Assembly: GCA_040954595.2 (NCBI GenBank)
Contig: CM082582.2
Span: forward strand, 9,291,483-9,355,482
Source: Balanoglossus misakiensis
Lineage: Eukaryota > Animalia > Hemichordata
Direction of reading: 5' to 3'
Length of the DNA stretch: 64,000 bases
Part shown: positions 26,249 through 62,200 of the stretch, in pieces
Position numbering within the stretch: the first letter of the stretch is position 1
Layout: each line of letters opens with the position of its first letter
Made by a program: the position numbers and the translations under genes
Notes under the pieces: model-generated
What the model was told of the DNA's origin: nothing
The model's input: the letters and a program-made list of their open reading frames with translations, nothing else
Databases searched by the model: none

Positions 26249-28640
26249 AGGAGATGAAGGCATGCCTGTATAGTGAGATATAAACTCAGAAGTGACTCGC
26301 TGGCATTTTGGTTTTACAACCAAAATGTTTTTTTTTGTGCCAAGTCAACTTACATTTATGATTTAGTTGTGAAATGTAACTATCACAGTGTAAACCATGG
26401 CACCGCTGATATCAAATGTACAGGTCAGGAAGGAAATGAAAAATAAAACATACAGTATCTGTTTTTTTAACAGATTCATTGCCAAAGTTTATTGGACACA
26501 TGATCACCAACCATGGGTGAGACAAGACATGATAACCCCATGGTATAGATCAAATAGATCAAAAGTACATGGTGACCCAAGATACAGTATTGAACATAAA
26601 CTACTAAAAGCAGCATTTGACTGAATTTCATTAAAGCTGACGGATCACAAAGTGTACTCCAAAATATTATCACAGAAGAGTCGACAGATTTACTCGTCTG
26701 TATTCACTATCTAACAAAAAATAAAGTCACAACTTGTATTCAAGATTAGTGTTAAACAAAACAGTCCAATGTACTTCAGGCTCAAATAGAAATTAAAGTT
26801 TTCCTTTGAAAACATCAAAAATCTCGTGGCAATGGTTCATCTTTGGTACAAATGCATCTTGGGTAAACACTGAAATTGTTCAACTGCAGCAGATACGATG
26901 CGTAAAAAGTTAGAATGACACCGGATTTCGGTTCGACTCGCAGACTTTGATATGGAAATGTTGAAATACGAAAAGTCTGTGACACAACATGCAAAAGGCC
27001 CCTTACTAGTGAGTGTGTGTGTGTTTGAAAATACTTAATACATAAACATGCACCCATTTGGCAAAAAAGAAGTTGATTTCAATACCGGAACAAAATTATA
27101 TATATACTATACACAACCTGAAAGGATCACTTATATTTCAACCTTCTTTGGGTGCACGTTTTATACTGCTGTACTTTGTCTATTAAAAACCACTTGTATG
27201 TGGTAAAATGTGAAAATGTCACTGATGTTTATAAATGGCGATGTGGATGATGACCTTTTGCACAATGTTCTGTGTCCTCTTCTTATTCCACAATTCTTCG
27301 ATTTCAGTTTACAGCTGTAGCTCTTGTACTAGTCATAGCCGAGTCCTGAAATGCTCAATAAACGTAATCCATATGGTATTTATCAGACTGAAATACATAA
27401 ATTTGTGGACACACCAAAAAGTAGCCAGGCGTATAAGTTTTAGTAATTTTTAAAATATACAGCAAATTTAACCATCAGTTATAAACTAGTAAGTATGAGT
27501 AAAATCAACTACCACAAAAACCAAAATGACTTGTACTCAAATGTGTTCACATTAAAACGAAAACAAAAAAAGACAACACAGAAAAAAAACATCACCACCA
27601 AGACTGAGAGTTTTGGTAGATACCATTCTTCAAGGTATTACAAGCTCATGGACAGCGAATTGACTTCTGATTTAGTTTTGGTCTTTAGTGGCCTTTACAA
27701 ATATACATTGTACTTGTAAGTTACCAGGTCTTCTGTTAGAATTCACTGCTCAACAGATGCACAACATCCTTCCCACAATACACTGCTGCAGGCAAAAATA
27801 TCAACAACTTTGCTCTAGGCACGTCTAATATACACCCACTTAAAAAACAAAATCTTTGGCAATAACCATCTCTTTTCATGTTGTGACGTGAACATCACTG
27901 ATTCCGACAAACATTAGATGGAGTGTGCAGTGCATTCTGGGAGATGAACACTGCCCCAGGTGATAAGTTTCATAAGCGTAAAATTGATCTGTAACATTGA
28001 AAGTCAAAACTGGTGCCCAGCAAAAGGGTCGAGGGTCAAGAGCTTCAAAGAAATCAGGCGATGGAACAGAACAAAAATAACAGACAGGAGATATCTAAAA
28101 CTGCAACTGAAAACAAAATCACCTACATGGCTTGAATATAGTTTCGACTACACTATGAAATAGACCAAGAAAAATCACAAAAATATACAATCTGGTTGGA
28201 ATTTAAAAACAGACTCATATTTTGCAATACAATATTTCTATAGAATAAATTGAGTCAGAAAGTTGATTTAGAATTCATTTTCAACAATTTTTGGCCCATA
28301 ACGAGAGACAGACACAAGACCACAAAAGACAACACAGACTGTGTCATGAACAGGTTTGTGCACAATGCAATCTCAGAAACGTAACCCTCCCCTGTTCTTT
28401 GAAATGGATCAATCTTAATCAATGCATTGACAATTTCATTGGCAGTTTTTGGGGGTATACCACATATGATCACACTTCTACTTAAAATCTCAGCTCTGTC
28501 AAGGCAAATATATTTTTTATAAAAAAATCTATCTTCTTGGTCTCTCATGACCAACAGCTTTGACATGTTTTAAGCATGATGCGACAACTTCCCCCTTTAA
28601 TAGATTACAAATCAACTCCTAGTACTGTCTCCTCAGCTTT

Positions 28641-28734
28641 ATCACCCTTTCACCACCGTGGTATGGTCCAGATCTATAGTTTTCTATGATAAAGTTGGAC
28701 CTCTATGAAATGAAATGGGGATGAAAGGGTCTAA
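28641..28734 (+). mobile_element. ~90 bp MITE copy 4
   Basis: CCCTTTCACCACCGTGGTATGGTCCAGATCTATAGTTTTCTATGATAAAGTTGGACCTCTAT...GGGGATGAAAGGGT. Confidence 0.75.
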
Positions 28735-29714
28735 CATCTCCCATTGTGGCACAAGCAACAAATGTCAAAGGTAAGTTCCAAAAGAACCTAGCAGTTCTAG
28801 AGGGCGCAATATGCCACTGCACTAAACCTTTAACCATCTGAAGTTCTGTTCATCACACAGTAAGTTTTCATAAGGCACTAGGTAAAACAAGACAGAGATT
28901 ACCTACACCCACAACTCGACACCAATGAGACCAAATATCCGATTAAAAATTTACAATCTAATCTGACATGCAGAGTCTAGAATAGAATATTTCTTGAAGA
29001 TATGATATGCCTGCAAGTGAAGTCTGAAATATATAATAATTATCTCTTGTTCCCAGTAATGAGTTGTTCAAGAAGTGGGCAATTTGCACAAAAATGAGAA
29101 AACAAAGTTTTCATGTCAATAAGGCCAGAGGGCACTCTAATTAAGACAAAGCAGTGTTCTGCCAGCCATTTGACACAGTGAGTTGTAATGTATGATGTTA
29201 TGAAAATTGTATTAACTGTTGGACCACCTAGCTAAAAAGAAAATGAGCAAAAAATACACACATGCGATGAAAAACTATGAAATCACAGTTCTCCAATTTC
29301 CCTCTGAACTAAAATATCACTATAATCCGAAGGTTTCACGGCTTATAAAATTTGTTCATTGAAACGCCATCACATAGGATTGTCCTCCCAAACAAACTTG
29401 CAACTGCTTGTGCACCACATATTGGCTGTTGTTTCACTATACAGCCATTGTCAAGACAGTCCAGCCATTATGAGATTTTTATCACTCACCTAGGTAGCAA
29501 AAACCTATTTAAGGTAGTGAGAATTATGCAAATTTAAACCAACTTGATACCCTGATATCTTTGATTCTTGTCAATCAACAGAGGAAATTTTGAAGAAAAA
29601 TTTAAATCTAAGCGGTGGTCGTCCAGGTGTAAATTATAAAATCTTCAGAGCTGATCCGAATGTACTGGAAATGTCAAGGTCATAGAGAGTTTACTGCACT
29701 GTGCCTAGGTGGTT

Positions 29715-50248
<20,534 letters not shown>

Positions 50249-53200
50249 TTATACACACACAGACACGCACACACAACAAAAAAGGATTCCCCCAGAGAAA
50301 CGTTCGTTTGTCTTCACAGCTAGGCCAGCCTCTACTCCTATAATCAATGGAAATCCGAGGACGGGTACCGCCACTGAGCAGTGTCTTTACACAACGGAAC
50401 TTTGACACAAAGGATCTGTTGTCTTGGAAACGCACTCAATTCCGTTTCTCGCAGAAACATGTGACATAACTCAGGGTGATGCGTTAGAGTTCCCAAATTT
50501 CAATCATGAGAGAATTAAAACACGCGCTGGATCAGCTTGGCGGTCACGTGAAATATGCACACTGTTTTTACATCATTTCAGGATCGGATTGCAAACTAAC
50601 GGGTTCCTGCCAGCCGCAAGATGCAACAACGGGGGTGTATCAGGCAACAACGTGCATACATAAATGAGTTACTGGAAACCAGGTCTTCTTACCACAGACA
50701 ACAACTGGCTGCTGGGAATTCTGGGAGTCACTGTGCATCTTTTGATCAATTACACAAATTGCAGGCTATTTGAACATATCACAATGAGAAACTTATTTAA
50801 ATGCCATCGTATATATCACTTTGAATCTCATTACAGGCAATTGCCATCATCCAGTTTTAACATTTTGACATCGTTCTATCAAAAGTTATTCACAAGATAT
50901 GACTTATCAGCATGATTACACATCAAACAGAACAAAGCATCAAATTTACGTGAGATCTTTCAAAAAAAGATAGCAATTGGCAAACAATGAATTTCTGTGG
51001 ATTCTGTAAAGTGTTCTGTCATTCATTCTGTGGTCCACCTCAACAACTTGCAGACAACTCAAACTGATTAATACTTGAAACCTCCTCACTGCAAGTCATT
51101 TTCTCATTTTCTGTCAAATAACAAAATTCAAAGTATGTTTTATTTTGGTTGACTTAAAGTAGCACTATTCTGTTCAATACTGTAAAACACGTTATTTTCG
51201 CGAGCAATTAATTTAGCTTTGGTCTGATTGTTAACACTATTTGATTCACATCGCAACACTCCAACAATTCTTTATCACCAGCTTTCATTTTGCTTCCAGA
51301 CAAGACTACTAGTAATCCACACGATAACACATTGAAGACCAACAGAATATCAACTTCATTATTTATAACAGCAGAGATACTTCCAGCGAAATACAGTATT
51401 TTCAGGTTAAACACAGTATCATGATTCCACACTATTGAATATTTCATAGATTCCTATGGTTAAGAGATACAATGGGTTCGGTAAGCCTAGTTCCTTACAG
51501 GTCAACTGTCTTTAAAAAAAATTCAGTATTTCTTGTGTTTCGACAATAGTTTCTTGTTCTCCTCCAATATGATCTTAGCCAATCACAAGATCACAGCCAA
51601 TCACATGACCCAAGGCAGCACATGATTGACTTCTACGGAGCATCACAACACCATTACAACAAACTCCAGCCAGCTTTTCATTTACAGATACCAAGGTCTC
51701 CATATTAGATTTTTATAATAAGGTGGCTCAGCAGATCACCAGCATGGTGATAGGCAACAGAGAAAGAATCCCAGTTTCAATTACTGATCCAACAGACATC
51801 AGCAATTATGAAATGAAAACACACCGATCAGGTTACAACGGTCTGATTATAATGCGCTGTGAGTGCAGTAGCAATCTGTTTCAAAACAAGGCCAGCAGGA
51901 AGATGACACTTCAATAATCACTGTTGCCATGGAAATATATTTCAATGGACAGTTCACAAATTATAAATACAATTTGCAATGGTTCTTCATATTTTTTTAT
52001 GTACCTGACAGGTTAGGAAACAAGTACTTTTTTGTACTATACAACCTTTTACCAGGCAAGGTATCCAAAGGTGAATAAATCACACTAGCTGGCAAAGATT
52101 GCTGCACCGTACCAGTTGATTATCAGGGGAACAGTTCCCTATTTACTGTGGAAAATTGCTCCTATTTTTAAACGTGAAAATCAAATTAGAGTGAGATACT
52201 AAGGTTTTGGATTGCCTAGGGACTGCTTGTCGAAAGGGGGAGGCAGATGGATCAATCTTTGATGTGTCCGAACATTATGATGTTGGGCATCAGTTCTGGT
52301 GACAGATATGGAAAATTATACTTGAAGTTCAACACATGCTATACTTCCAACAGAACAGTACAAGTTTTCCCTGTTCTAGTTTATGAACTCGTACAGCGAC
52401 TGAAATACTTCATCACGGTTGGCTTTAAATCAACGACACTCACAGTCACGATAGAGTTGCTACTATCCTGAAAACCACAACTGTGTTTTTTTCCTTGCGT
52501 GTCTGCGTTCCCAAGAGAAGAGTCCGTGATGTGTTGGACTCTTGTCCGCACCATCCCTCATTCAAAATTTACAATGTAGGCAATGTCCTTGATGGAACCA
52601 GTGAAGAAGCAACGCCGAATCTATCACGCTCTGAAGTCATGCGTTTGCACCTTACTTGAGATCAATCTGTTCACAGTCGCTTGAATAAAACAAATTTAAT
52701 TCGGTCAAATCAAAAAGCAGCAGCTCAAAGATTAAATTGACAGCACTCGCGAGCATGCACAGAGAGGCGGGAACTCTCTCCGGGGACTCAAGCCAGCAAA
52801 GAGAAAAGATTATTGATAACACGGGAGATTGGAAAATTTGTTCATGTTCCTCTGAATTCATCACTTGGACAATGAGCTAAAGAAATTCGCGAACAATACA
52901 GTGTGGCACTTGGCAGCTTCACCTCCTGATGTAGGTAGAACTATAAAGAGATTTTTCATAAATGAAATCCCAATCAGAGCGCAGCTGCCCAGCTGTGCTT
53001 TAGAACTCTTCAGCTTCAATACCTGTATTTGTCTTTATGAGATTTGATACTCTATTGTCATGACAACTGTCCTGGTCCCATAGAAAAGACTGTTAATTTT
53101 GCCCGCCTGATTCACATGCAGGTTAACTGTATAAATCTATTCTCAACTGAGGATTATTTTAGTCCGGACAAGGTCCTGGTCGAATTTTGCCAGTGTGAAC

Positions 53201-56200
53201 AACACTCATAACAACAACTGACACAGTTGTGTATACTGTGTCACCAATGAAACTGATAGCAACATGCTGCTCAAGAAATGAGCATGGTACGAAATAAATT
53301 GGCTTCCAGACGTCTTGCTGTTTGCGTTTGTTCTAGTCCTAAAGATCTTGCCGCAATACAACTAACAGGGTAAAATAGGAAAAAAGTATGAACCTAATTA
53401 TATAATTAACTAATATACAGTTGTATTTCGTTGTTGATATTTTTCTCAGCAGGTCTGTAAATTAGAAAGAAGTGTACGCCCACAGTATACTAGCTGCCTA
53501 AACCTCTTTTCCATTACAGTAAAGTGCATTGGATCATGTATCTACAAGCACAGGCGGGGATTATAATTTACAGAATGGAAGGGATACATGACCAAGTGAT
53601 TCCGGGCCTTTCCCGCTTTACATTCATCCGACAAATTGCCCGGATGGCAAACCAGTGAACCACCCAGCCAATTTGCTGATTACAGCGAGACCTTGCCTGG
53701 TAATTACCGAGACACTTGTTCATGTCTACAGGCAAAATCAAAAGTGGATTTGCTGGTATTTTTGCCTGATCCGCTGCAATTTGTTCACAAAGCTCGATCA
53801 TAAATTCCCCATCAGGGTCAACTGATTGTACGATCTGCACAAATAAATGAGTATCTTTGCAATTATCAGGCAAAATCTCTATGTCTGATGTCTGGATAAT
53901 TTGTCAGAGGCGTGTCAAGAAACAAAAAATCACTATGGTATGAAATTAATTTGTACCTTCCATGATTAAATCTATCTGAGTGTGCACTGACTGAAACCTG
54001 CTGAATCACTGGAAATAGTTTCTTTACTTTTGCTGACGACCAAGCATTATGCCATCGGAAGTTTAAGCAAGATTGTAGCTCTCTACAAAATCTTCGTTTT
54101 CAAGCGAAATTGCACGAAACAAAAAATATCCAACATAATGCCAAACGATAGATCCTCGTCCCTTTAATCAAAGTCCTATTGGCAGAATCGTATTCTTTTG
54201 ACCTTTCGTAACGTAGTTCTGCTCGCTTTAAAGATGCGCTGAATTACAGAGCACTGGGCATGATGTACTCGGTAATTTGACAACATAATACGATGGGTTT
54301 TCGCGGTAGGATTTCTACAGCTACTTGATTACTAATGGAAGTCGCAAGTAAAAACGAAATCGTACAACAGATTGTTTGGCTCCGTGCCACTGATGCGGCT
54401 CTCATCAGAAGTGAACGGAGTTTCCGCACGAGGTGGCACGTAACACTTGATACAGTCCGCGTCGTGTCCCGTCATACTACGCTTCATGATGATCTGGGTT
54501 TCAACATCTCTAGCAGAAACAACCGCTGACATACTATACTGCGACAGCCCTTGATTTTCAAACACACACATGCATGTACACATACCCCCGGGGTAATACA
54601 AGATGTTCTGTCATGCCTCTTTCTCTCATGTTCATTGCTCATGCTATTTCGCAAACTCTCAACCCCTAGTGACGTCATCTATATTTTTTTTAAGTTCAAC
54701 TGTCAGGTAAAATACTAAAGCCTTAAAGCCACCTTGACTTGTTTTTCTCTAAATTCCAAGAATAAATACTTTACTCACACGCACTTCTAAAACCTCGGTT
54801 TTCATCCTTTCATATTTACCGGTAATAACTGAAGCAGCTCTCATCTAATAGAAAACACACTCATCCATAGTTAAACCTCATTGAGAAAGTGTGTGAAAGT
54901 GGATTTTCTCACACCTTAAATGGTGATAACTCCAATCTTTTTGCTTTGTTGTCAGTGGTAAACAGAACTTTTCACTCAGAATAAATTAAACAAGAAATAA
55001 CAACCTGTCCATCAGAATTTAACCCTGCTTCCCAAGTGTCACAGAAGCATAACAATTTTTTTTTCTAACCGAACTGTCACGGGGTAACCAGTTTTTTTAC
55101 GAAAGGATGACCTGTTAAATATTAGCTGCCCGGTAACATCAACAACTCACAAATCAATTACATTTCACACAGTGGTCGCTCCGTCTTGTAGGGCAGGCAC
55201 CTTGCAAGTGGCAATTATTTCTTTCGCAAATTGGTTTCGGCAAAAACTTCCAAAACAATTATAAACTTGAGATTGAGAGCATGAAGTTCACTATCTCAGA
55301 GGGCCATTATACCGGTACAAAACAACTTCATTCCAATTTCAAGCACAGATACTGCTGGAACATCGCTGTTTCAGAAATAAGTACAGCAGCTTGTATCACT
55401 CAAATACACACCTGTTGTTGTTTTTATATTGCAACCAGTAAGTTAATTGTATCTCAGGCTTTGCAAATTTGCAATGTTGTCATGCACACATTAGAACAGG
55501 ACACAGGGAACGGTCATGCCGGTAGGGGAACATTTTGATGTTTACAGCTCCTTGATAAGTTCTTCCTACGGCTATCAAACTGCAACTAGCGATGCATTAT
55601 ACATCACAACCAGTTTTTCCTGTCAGTATGATGGAAAGCAAAAACTCAACTGCATAACAATCAATTTTATGGGTACGAGTCTTTTATTAGATGGCAATTC
55701 CAGATATACAGCGCCGAACGAGTCTCGTTTCCATGGCAATAAGTAGCTCGTCAGAAAGTCTTCAAGTGGTTGCATGGTGATTAGACGGTTCTAATTCGAG
55801 TAAAGTCTCACTATTAGACGGCCGTAATGGGGTTGTAGGGGGAAAATAGTCTCCTGGGGTCGTCAGCCTACATATTTTTTTGTTTTGCTTTTAACCCCTG
55901 TTGAATGAGTTCATCATTACTGAATGAAATCAAACCGCGCCAGAAATGAGTTGGTGCAGCACTTAAGCTCCCATTTGTCACTTGAATATTACCGTCATAC
56001 GGTTCTGACATGGTCGGCTGTTAAAGTGATATATTTTTCAATTCAGCAGTGTCAATGAAAATTACAGTGCTGCTACTTCTAACATATAGGATCCTTCTAT
56101 AACAAGCAACAACAATTTTTTTTGTTTCTGAGACCTTGACTGGAAGTGTCAATCTTTTTTCCCTGTCGTGCAAAATATGAAACATATTATTTATGTCAAT

Positions 56201-59200
56201 TACAGGTGTGTATTATGGAAGCACTGGTAATTTTTTTCCATTGCAACTAGTACATTAGCCTGATTACGGTATGGTTAACACATCTGTAGTCAGGCTGTAC
56301 AACTGACTCAACAGCCTTATTCTAGTTTCAAAACAGGCAAGTTAGAGGCGTATGAACTCAAATGGTTCTCCCCTCAACACACAGGGATAGTACATGACCC
56401 AAGTGAGCCATGCACGTTGATTGACACTTGCAAGTATTCAACGCTGTATCTCAAGACTGTTTCTTTTCCCAGAAAAACAGATCCATTTTGCGCATTAATG
56501 GAACCACAGCGGGAAGTCCGCCCACTTCAGGATTATTTTGATTTCCAGATTCAATTCAGTTGAAGTTAAAGTCTCTCTCACCAACACAGTCTTGAAAGAC
56601 CATCTACTTCATACTTCCTTCGAATTCTAATGAAAAGGGAGTCCCCTGTCGGAACTGCTCTTAATGATGCCTGTATCTAAGATGTATCAAAGGGAACAAC
56701 TGAGGTGAATGCAGCAACATTATGACTAGGTCAGGGAGACAAATGACGATACTGTTGAATTAGAAGTTTCAATATTCTTTTCGTCGTTTGAAATACACCG
56801 ACTCCATAGAACATACACACAAGAACTGAGTATTTCAATTTCAATTAATGAAAGCGACAAGAATGCCCTTCTGTCTCAGACTCCATTTTACACACACCCA
56901 CTGGTGTTTGCCGCAAGCAAAAAAAGTGTGTTAGCGTATTCACCAATCTTTTAACTACGACCAAGAAAGCAATTTCCTGTACAATACGCAATCAACTTGG
57001 GATTCAGAGCTCACGCGTACATGAATATAATCCCGGGGAAATGGAGCGATGCGTTAAAATATTAACAGAACATGCTGTCGGCAGAGTAGATGAGTTTAGA
57101 TTGCATCCCATGCTCCCAATTGTTTCACACTCTATTGATTGTTAAGTCAAGCTCAAAGGTTTTATGAGCGGCCGACGTGTGATGCAGATAAAAAAAAATC
57201 ATCTTTATTTGTCACAACCGATGACATGATGTCTCCACACTTCAGTGATCTCATCAACAGGTCTATTGTACACAATGTACAGTATGAAGAGTTCTATCCT
57301 TGGAGCTACAGTAGGTGTCGCATTGGGCAGAGTCTTAAAGGGGCCGGGTGACACTACGTTGTATAGAGTGCCCTCTAGGATGTACCTAGGTGTTGTATGG
57401 GTGGACATTATGTGTGGACACTGGCTTGTATGGAGAGCCCTCTCAGGTACCAGGGGTATATGCACCTGATGATGGTGAACCAGGTGGGGTGTTGGGGTAT
57501 GCAGTGCTGTTTTGGATGGGGAGTAGGGGGTTGGAAGAAATGACTGTTTTAAAGAGCTTGATAGGTTCATGACTTTATACAAGACAGTATTTTTAAATGT
57601 AAATCTGGTTATTTTGAGACTGTGACAGATCTGTAATAAATTTTCTGGCGTGAAATCCACTCTTATGTTTTAATAAACAGAATGCCATGAAAAATATCAA
57701 GTATCTATATGAAACAAAAACACAGCCAAAATAACAAACACAAACGGCTTTCCCACCAAGCTGATTAGAAAGCGAGTCAGATGTGAAAATAGTTTGAAGT
57801 TCGAAAGATCAAAGAAATATAATGCGATGTTATCGCAATGCAGACTGACAGCTGTTCTGCGTGATTCATAACTTTGTATAAAATTTCGCCAAAACGATGA
57901 GTCATCTCAGAGAAGGATACGAATGTCATTGGCAGTCACTACATTCGAGTCAATGCTCTTCGACAGTCTGAAAAGCTTACACGCTGAACCGGTTACAGGT
58001 TTTTTTTTATTCCCAAATCCCAGATTGAAAGAACTGATGGATGAGCAAGTGGGAAAGCTATCAACACTGGGTACGGGGCCAATCTGTTTCCAAATCGATC
58101 ACTTTCAGTGGCACCTGTTTGTGTAGACATCTTTCTAATTGGACCATCTGAATACTACAGACACAGTTTTCCCACTAATGCCAAATAATGAATGTTCAAT
58201 TTCATTTCAGTCGCCCCATTACAGCCCTAGGGAGAAAAAAATTCGACAATGACACAGTACTGCAAATTACCCACAATTCTCTTTGATTGACCCAGCCCGC
58301 CGCTACACTACCAGTGGAATGGCCCAGCGCAGAAAAAAACAAACGCAGCGAATCCTCTTTGCAGATTCTGAGAAAGCCTGCAGGTGAAAAGGTTATACCC
58401 CACGCCACCGCAGATCGCATGAATTTTTGAAAAAGTTTTACGTGTAATGCTCTTGGCTTTCGGGGAGACGATAACATGAACACTATTAGCTTTATTCACT
58501 TTTAAATCTCCATAATTCATAATCCTGTGAGCGTAGATAGACTTTTGACTCCAACTTTTACAAAAAAACAACCTTTGATAATTCATGGATTACCACTTCA
58601 ATGTACAAATCTCTGTTTAAAAGCCCTGCTTCTGGGGAGAATCTGTCACTCTCGCTTTACACAGCTGATTCATGCACTCAGACAAGTGGGATTTGTCAAG
58701 TAAAACTGCCACTGCGGATATTGATAATATGTTAATAAATGCGTACAAGCTGGAAATACGTGATGTGAACAAACTTTGATTTTTGATGTGGAAGAAATCA
58801 CCGACGAAAATCCCATAGTCGGTTTCCACTTGCCTCTCAGCGAATATCAGTCGTAAATACACAACACATTAAGACATATGACCACATTATGATGTGTACT
58901 TCCCCACTGCCTCTGGCAGATGGAAAAACATAGCTCGACCCAACATCCCACAAGCGGACCAGAGGTTAACAGCACCCGAGGCTAGCAGAGCGCTGACTGT
59001 ATAATGCATACGCTCCGTAAAATCCCCCAGCGGTCGGAAACACTGGCAACTCAAAAACAGATCTTCCAACAAAACACTATATGAAGTCCCCTTGCAACAG
59101 AGGTACTTGGAAAAACTTTCGATCAATGCAACCTGGATCTGCGCAATCCGTGACCCTTTGCAAACGATCAAAACACCACGGGGCCCCCGCTTACAAACGA

Positions 59201-62200
59201 GATGAAACCTTCAACAAGTGATTGCTGCCACCAGATTAGCGCTGCTATGGTAAATACTGCGCCCGACAATCGCTTGACAAAATATTTAATAACGGTGCCA
59301 CCTGTTTCTTTGAAAACGAGAGACTGAAAATATGTTACAGCTTTGTAGATCTACGGAGTGTAAATATTGCCCATTTCTATTACATTTTTTTTCAAATGTG
59401 ATCTGAATAAGGTAAAGAGTCAACATACACTCGAAACTGTATTTGTGCAAGGGACTACGAGAAATGGGAGACGGGAGATGCAAACTGAGATTCTGTCCAA
59501 TTCACACACAAAGAAAGGGAAGAATGTATCATCTGTTGAAATCATGAAATAATGAGACGCCACTATGCAGGATCAATTCTACTGTGAAATATGAGATCAA
59601 TGCGCCACAGTTAAGCACAGAACAGTGAACACGCAGCCATTGAACCTGAAACTGGACACTCCAAGACTTGATAATATCAAAAATCCTTCCGGCCTAAAAC
59701 ACAATATGACGTGTCAAGTATCCTGCTCCACCATCCTCTCCGCAATCAAGCGTTAAGTACCCATAATGCAATTCTGTGATCATTTTTGTAAACATTTTTC
59801 TCTTCATTTTTACCTCCAACCTCTCCCTACTTACTCATCTTTCCTGGCTTTGTTAGGTATACCTGGTTGAGAATCGATCAGAAGTGCAAATGAAATTCTG
59901 TAAGCCTCTTTAAATGTTAGGTCTGCAAGTCGGGATAGTGGTAGTGCGACTGGGTTATCTACAAGATACAAAATATTACATGGTGTTGAATTTTCACATT
60001 TTAAACAAAGAGTGAAAGAGTTCCCATGGTAAGACATACATGCATTTCACATACCTACCTTTAAGGTACCAGTTACTTGGCATTTTTATTGCAAAAAAAA
60101 ATATCACAGGTGTGATTATCTGAAAGGATTATCCTAATTTTTCACACAGACATACACAAGCACACACAACACACCCTACTAGAAACCCATCAACTGCTTG
60201 GTAAGGAGGCATAACTTAGCATTCAGTTCTGACATTATTTTAAAAATCTTCTACGTAAAATACTATTTTACTATCAACTGTTCTAAATTTATCCACTCTA
60301 ACAGAATATTACAATTAGTGAACAGTATGTCAGATATGATTTATTATTATAAAGTCCTCCTGAAAAGGGAATAATTTTTTTTTTATTTTGAAAGGGAAAA
60401 CGCTGTATCAAATGCTCAACATTCTTTGTGACAACACTTCTACTATAGATTGAACTAGATGCTAACAACGCGCCCAGACAGAATATAAATCAGCAAACAC
60501 AGAATTAGGTGACAGGTTTTATTTACACTCGATTTAATAATGTTACCTCTCTTTGGAGCCTGGGTAGAGAGAGACAGTAATTTGAAAAGATTGATGCCGA
60601 ACAGATGGGGATAAAATACACGCTGGAATTGGCTCCCACTGTCGTCCCTACTATATATATTCAGACAACGTGTTGTAAATGTAACCCTAGCAGAGAGTTG
60701 CTAGTAATGGGCACATAAAAAATACAATTACGCGCAAGTTTATGACAGTAAAAATGAGCATCATTAGAGGAATGCAATGACTTGGGTTTGAATTCTGGAA
60801 ATATGCAAAGAATGCTGGGAAGACATGGTGCGTCAGTTCTCAGCTATCATGTTTTCCGTAAATTCTCTGCAGTGAGCATCTGATGACAAAAAATTAAAAA
60901 GTTTGAAAATTTAATCTTAAACCAGAGAAAGTGAGAGATGATTTCCTGTTGCTTTGGTGGCTTCCAAATAGCTCCCAATTTCGTCAGATATTCTTTGAAT
61001 TTGCACTCATTAGGCTTTTGAGGTCTTGATGGAATTCATTTTAATTTCCCCCCATTTTCAGAAACCCACTCTTGACAAAGAACACCAAGAATGCAATGTT
61101 ACATTGAAGACATCCATTTCAATGAAGGCGGCCATTTTTGGGTGGCCACCTGTTCACTGGTCTGTTCAAACTTTCAGATGCAACTTCCCTGATTCAGAAA
61201 TTAACAGTGCTAAACACCCTCAGAACACCTATCAGAAAGTCTCCATTTTCATCTTACACGAATACAGAATAAATTTTTTCCAAAGGCTAATATTAACTTT
61301 CCATCTAAGTATAATTATTCGTCTTCATTTCAGGTATATGACCGAAATGCTTCTATCAATATGAATAATGGAAATGATAACTTAACTTTGAACTTTAATA
61401 AGTAGTCCAAGTTGCTCTTCTGGAAAATGTCAACCAAACCAATATATAATTTTACTGTCAGCCATTAAACGTGTAACTATGCTTATCTGAATACCACAAA
61501 CGTCAGCTACTGAAAGCTGTTTGCTAAATGCTTTAAGGGCATAAAATTTTGAGCCATGATAAAAATTCCCATTATTCACCACAAAACATACATCACGAGA
61601 TTTCTTGACCTGAAAATATTTTATGCCGTGTGATTGTTTCAGGCTGGTATTGATGATGTTTTCATATCAACAGTTCTAAAAAGATATGGTGGGTTTTGCG
61701 TTATCCTGATAATATTTCATGAATAGAAAATCTATGAGCTCAGCTGTGGAACCGTATTTAAGATTTCTCACAAATCAAAACGATGATAAAACGTCTGTTT
61801 TTATGTGATATCCCATTGTTATCGTTCTCCAGCAGACACTACAGATCAGTGGTGTATGTACATGTACAGTGCCTGAAGCACATTAAAATCCAAAAGTGAT
61901 GCCCTATAGCCAATCAGGAACTGCTAATTTGCATATAATGGCATCGTACATCTGGTGATATATTTTTCACCAAAATATTCTTTAGTGCAATATTATTTTC
62001 ACATACCAGGGTATGTTGTTCTTCTCTGATTTACCTTCTAAGTTACACAACATAAAGAACAGCGGTTTCTGTCTGATAATAGCAGCAGCATATATCACAC
62101 TCGCCAATGAAACTTCTCAACGTTTTCAGTTTAATATCCTACTTTATTAGCAATTACATGTAGATTAACAATCGACCAGTATCAGCACAGGAAACATAAA

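Noticed and set aside
57911-57920. U12-type donor consensus GTATCCTTCT on the minus strand
   Set aside because: No associated exon or U12 branch site found; an 8-mer match is expected by chance in a window this size.
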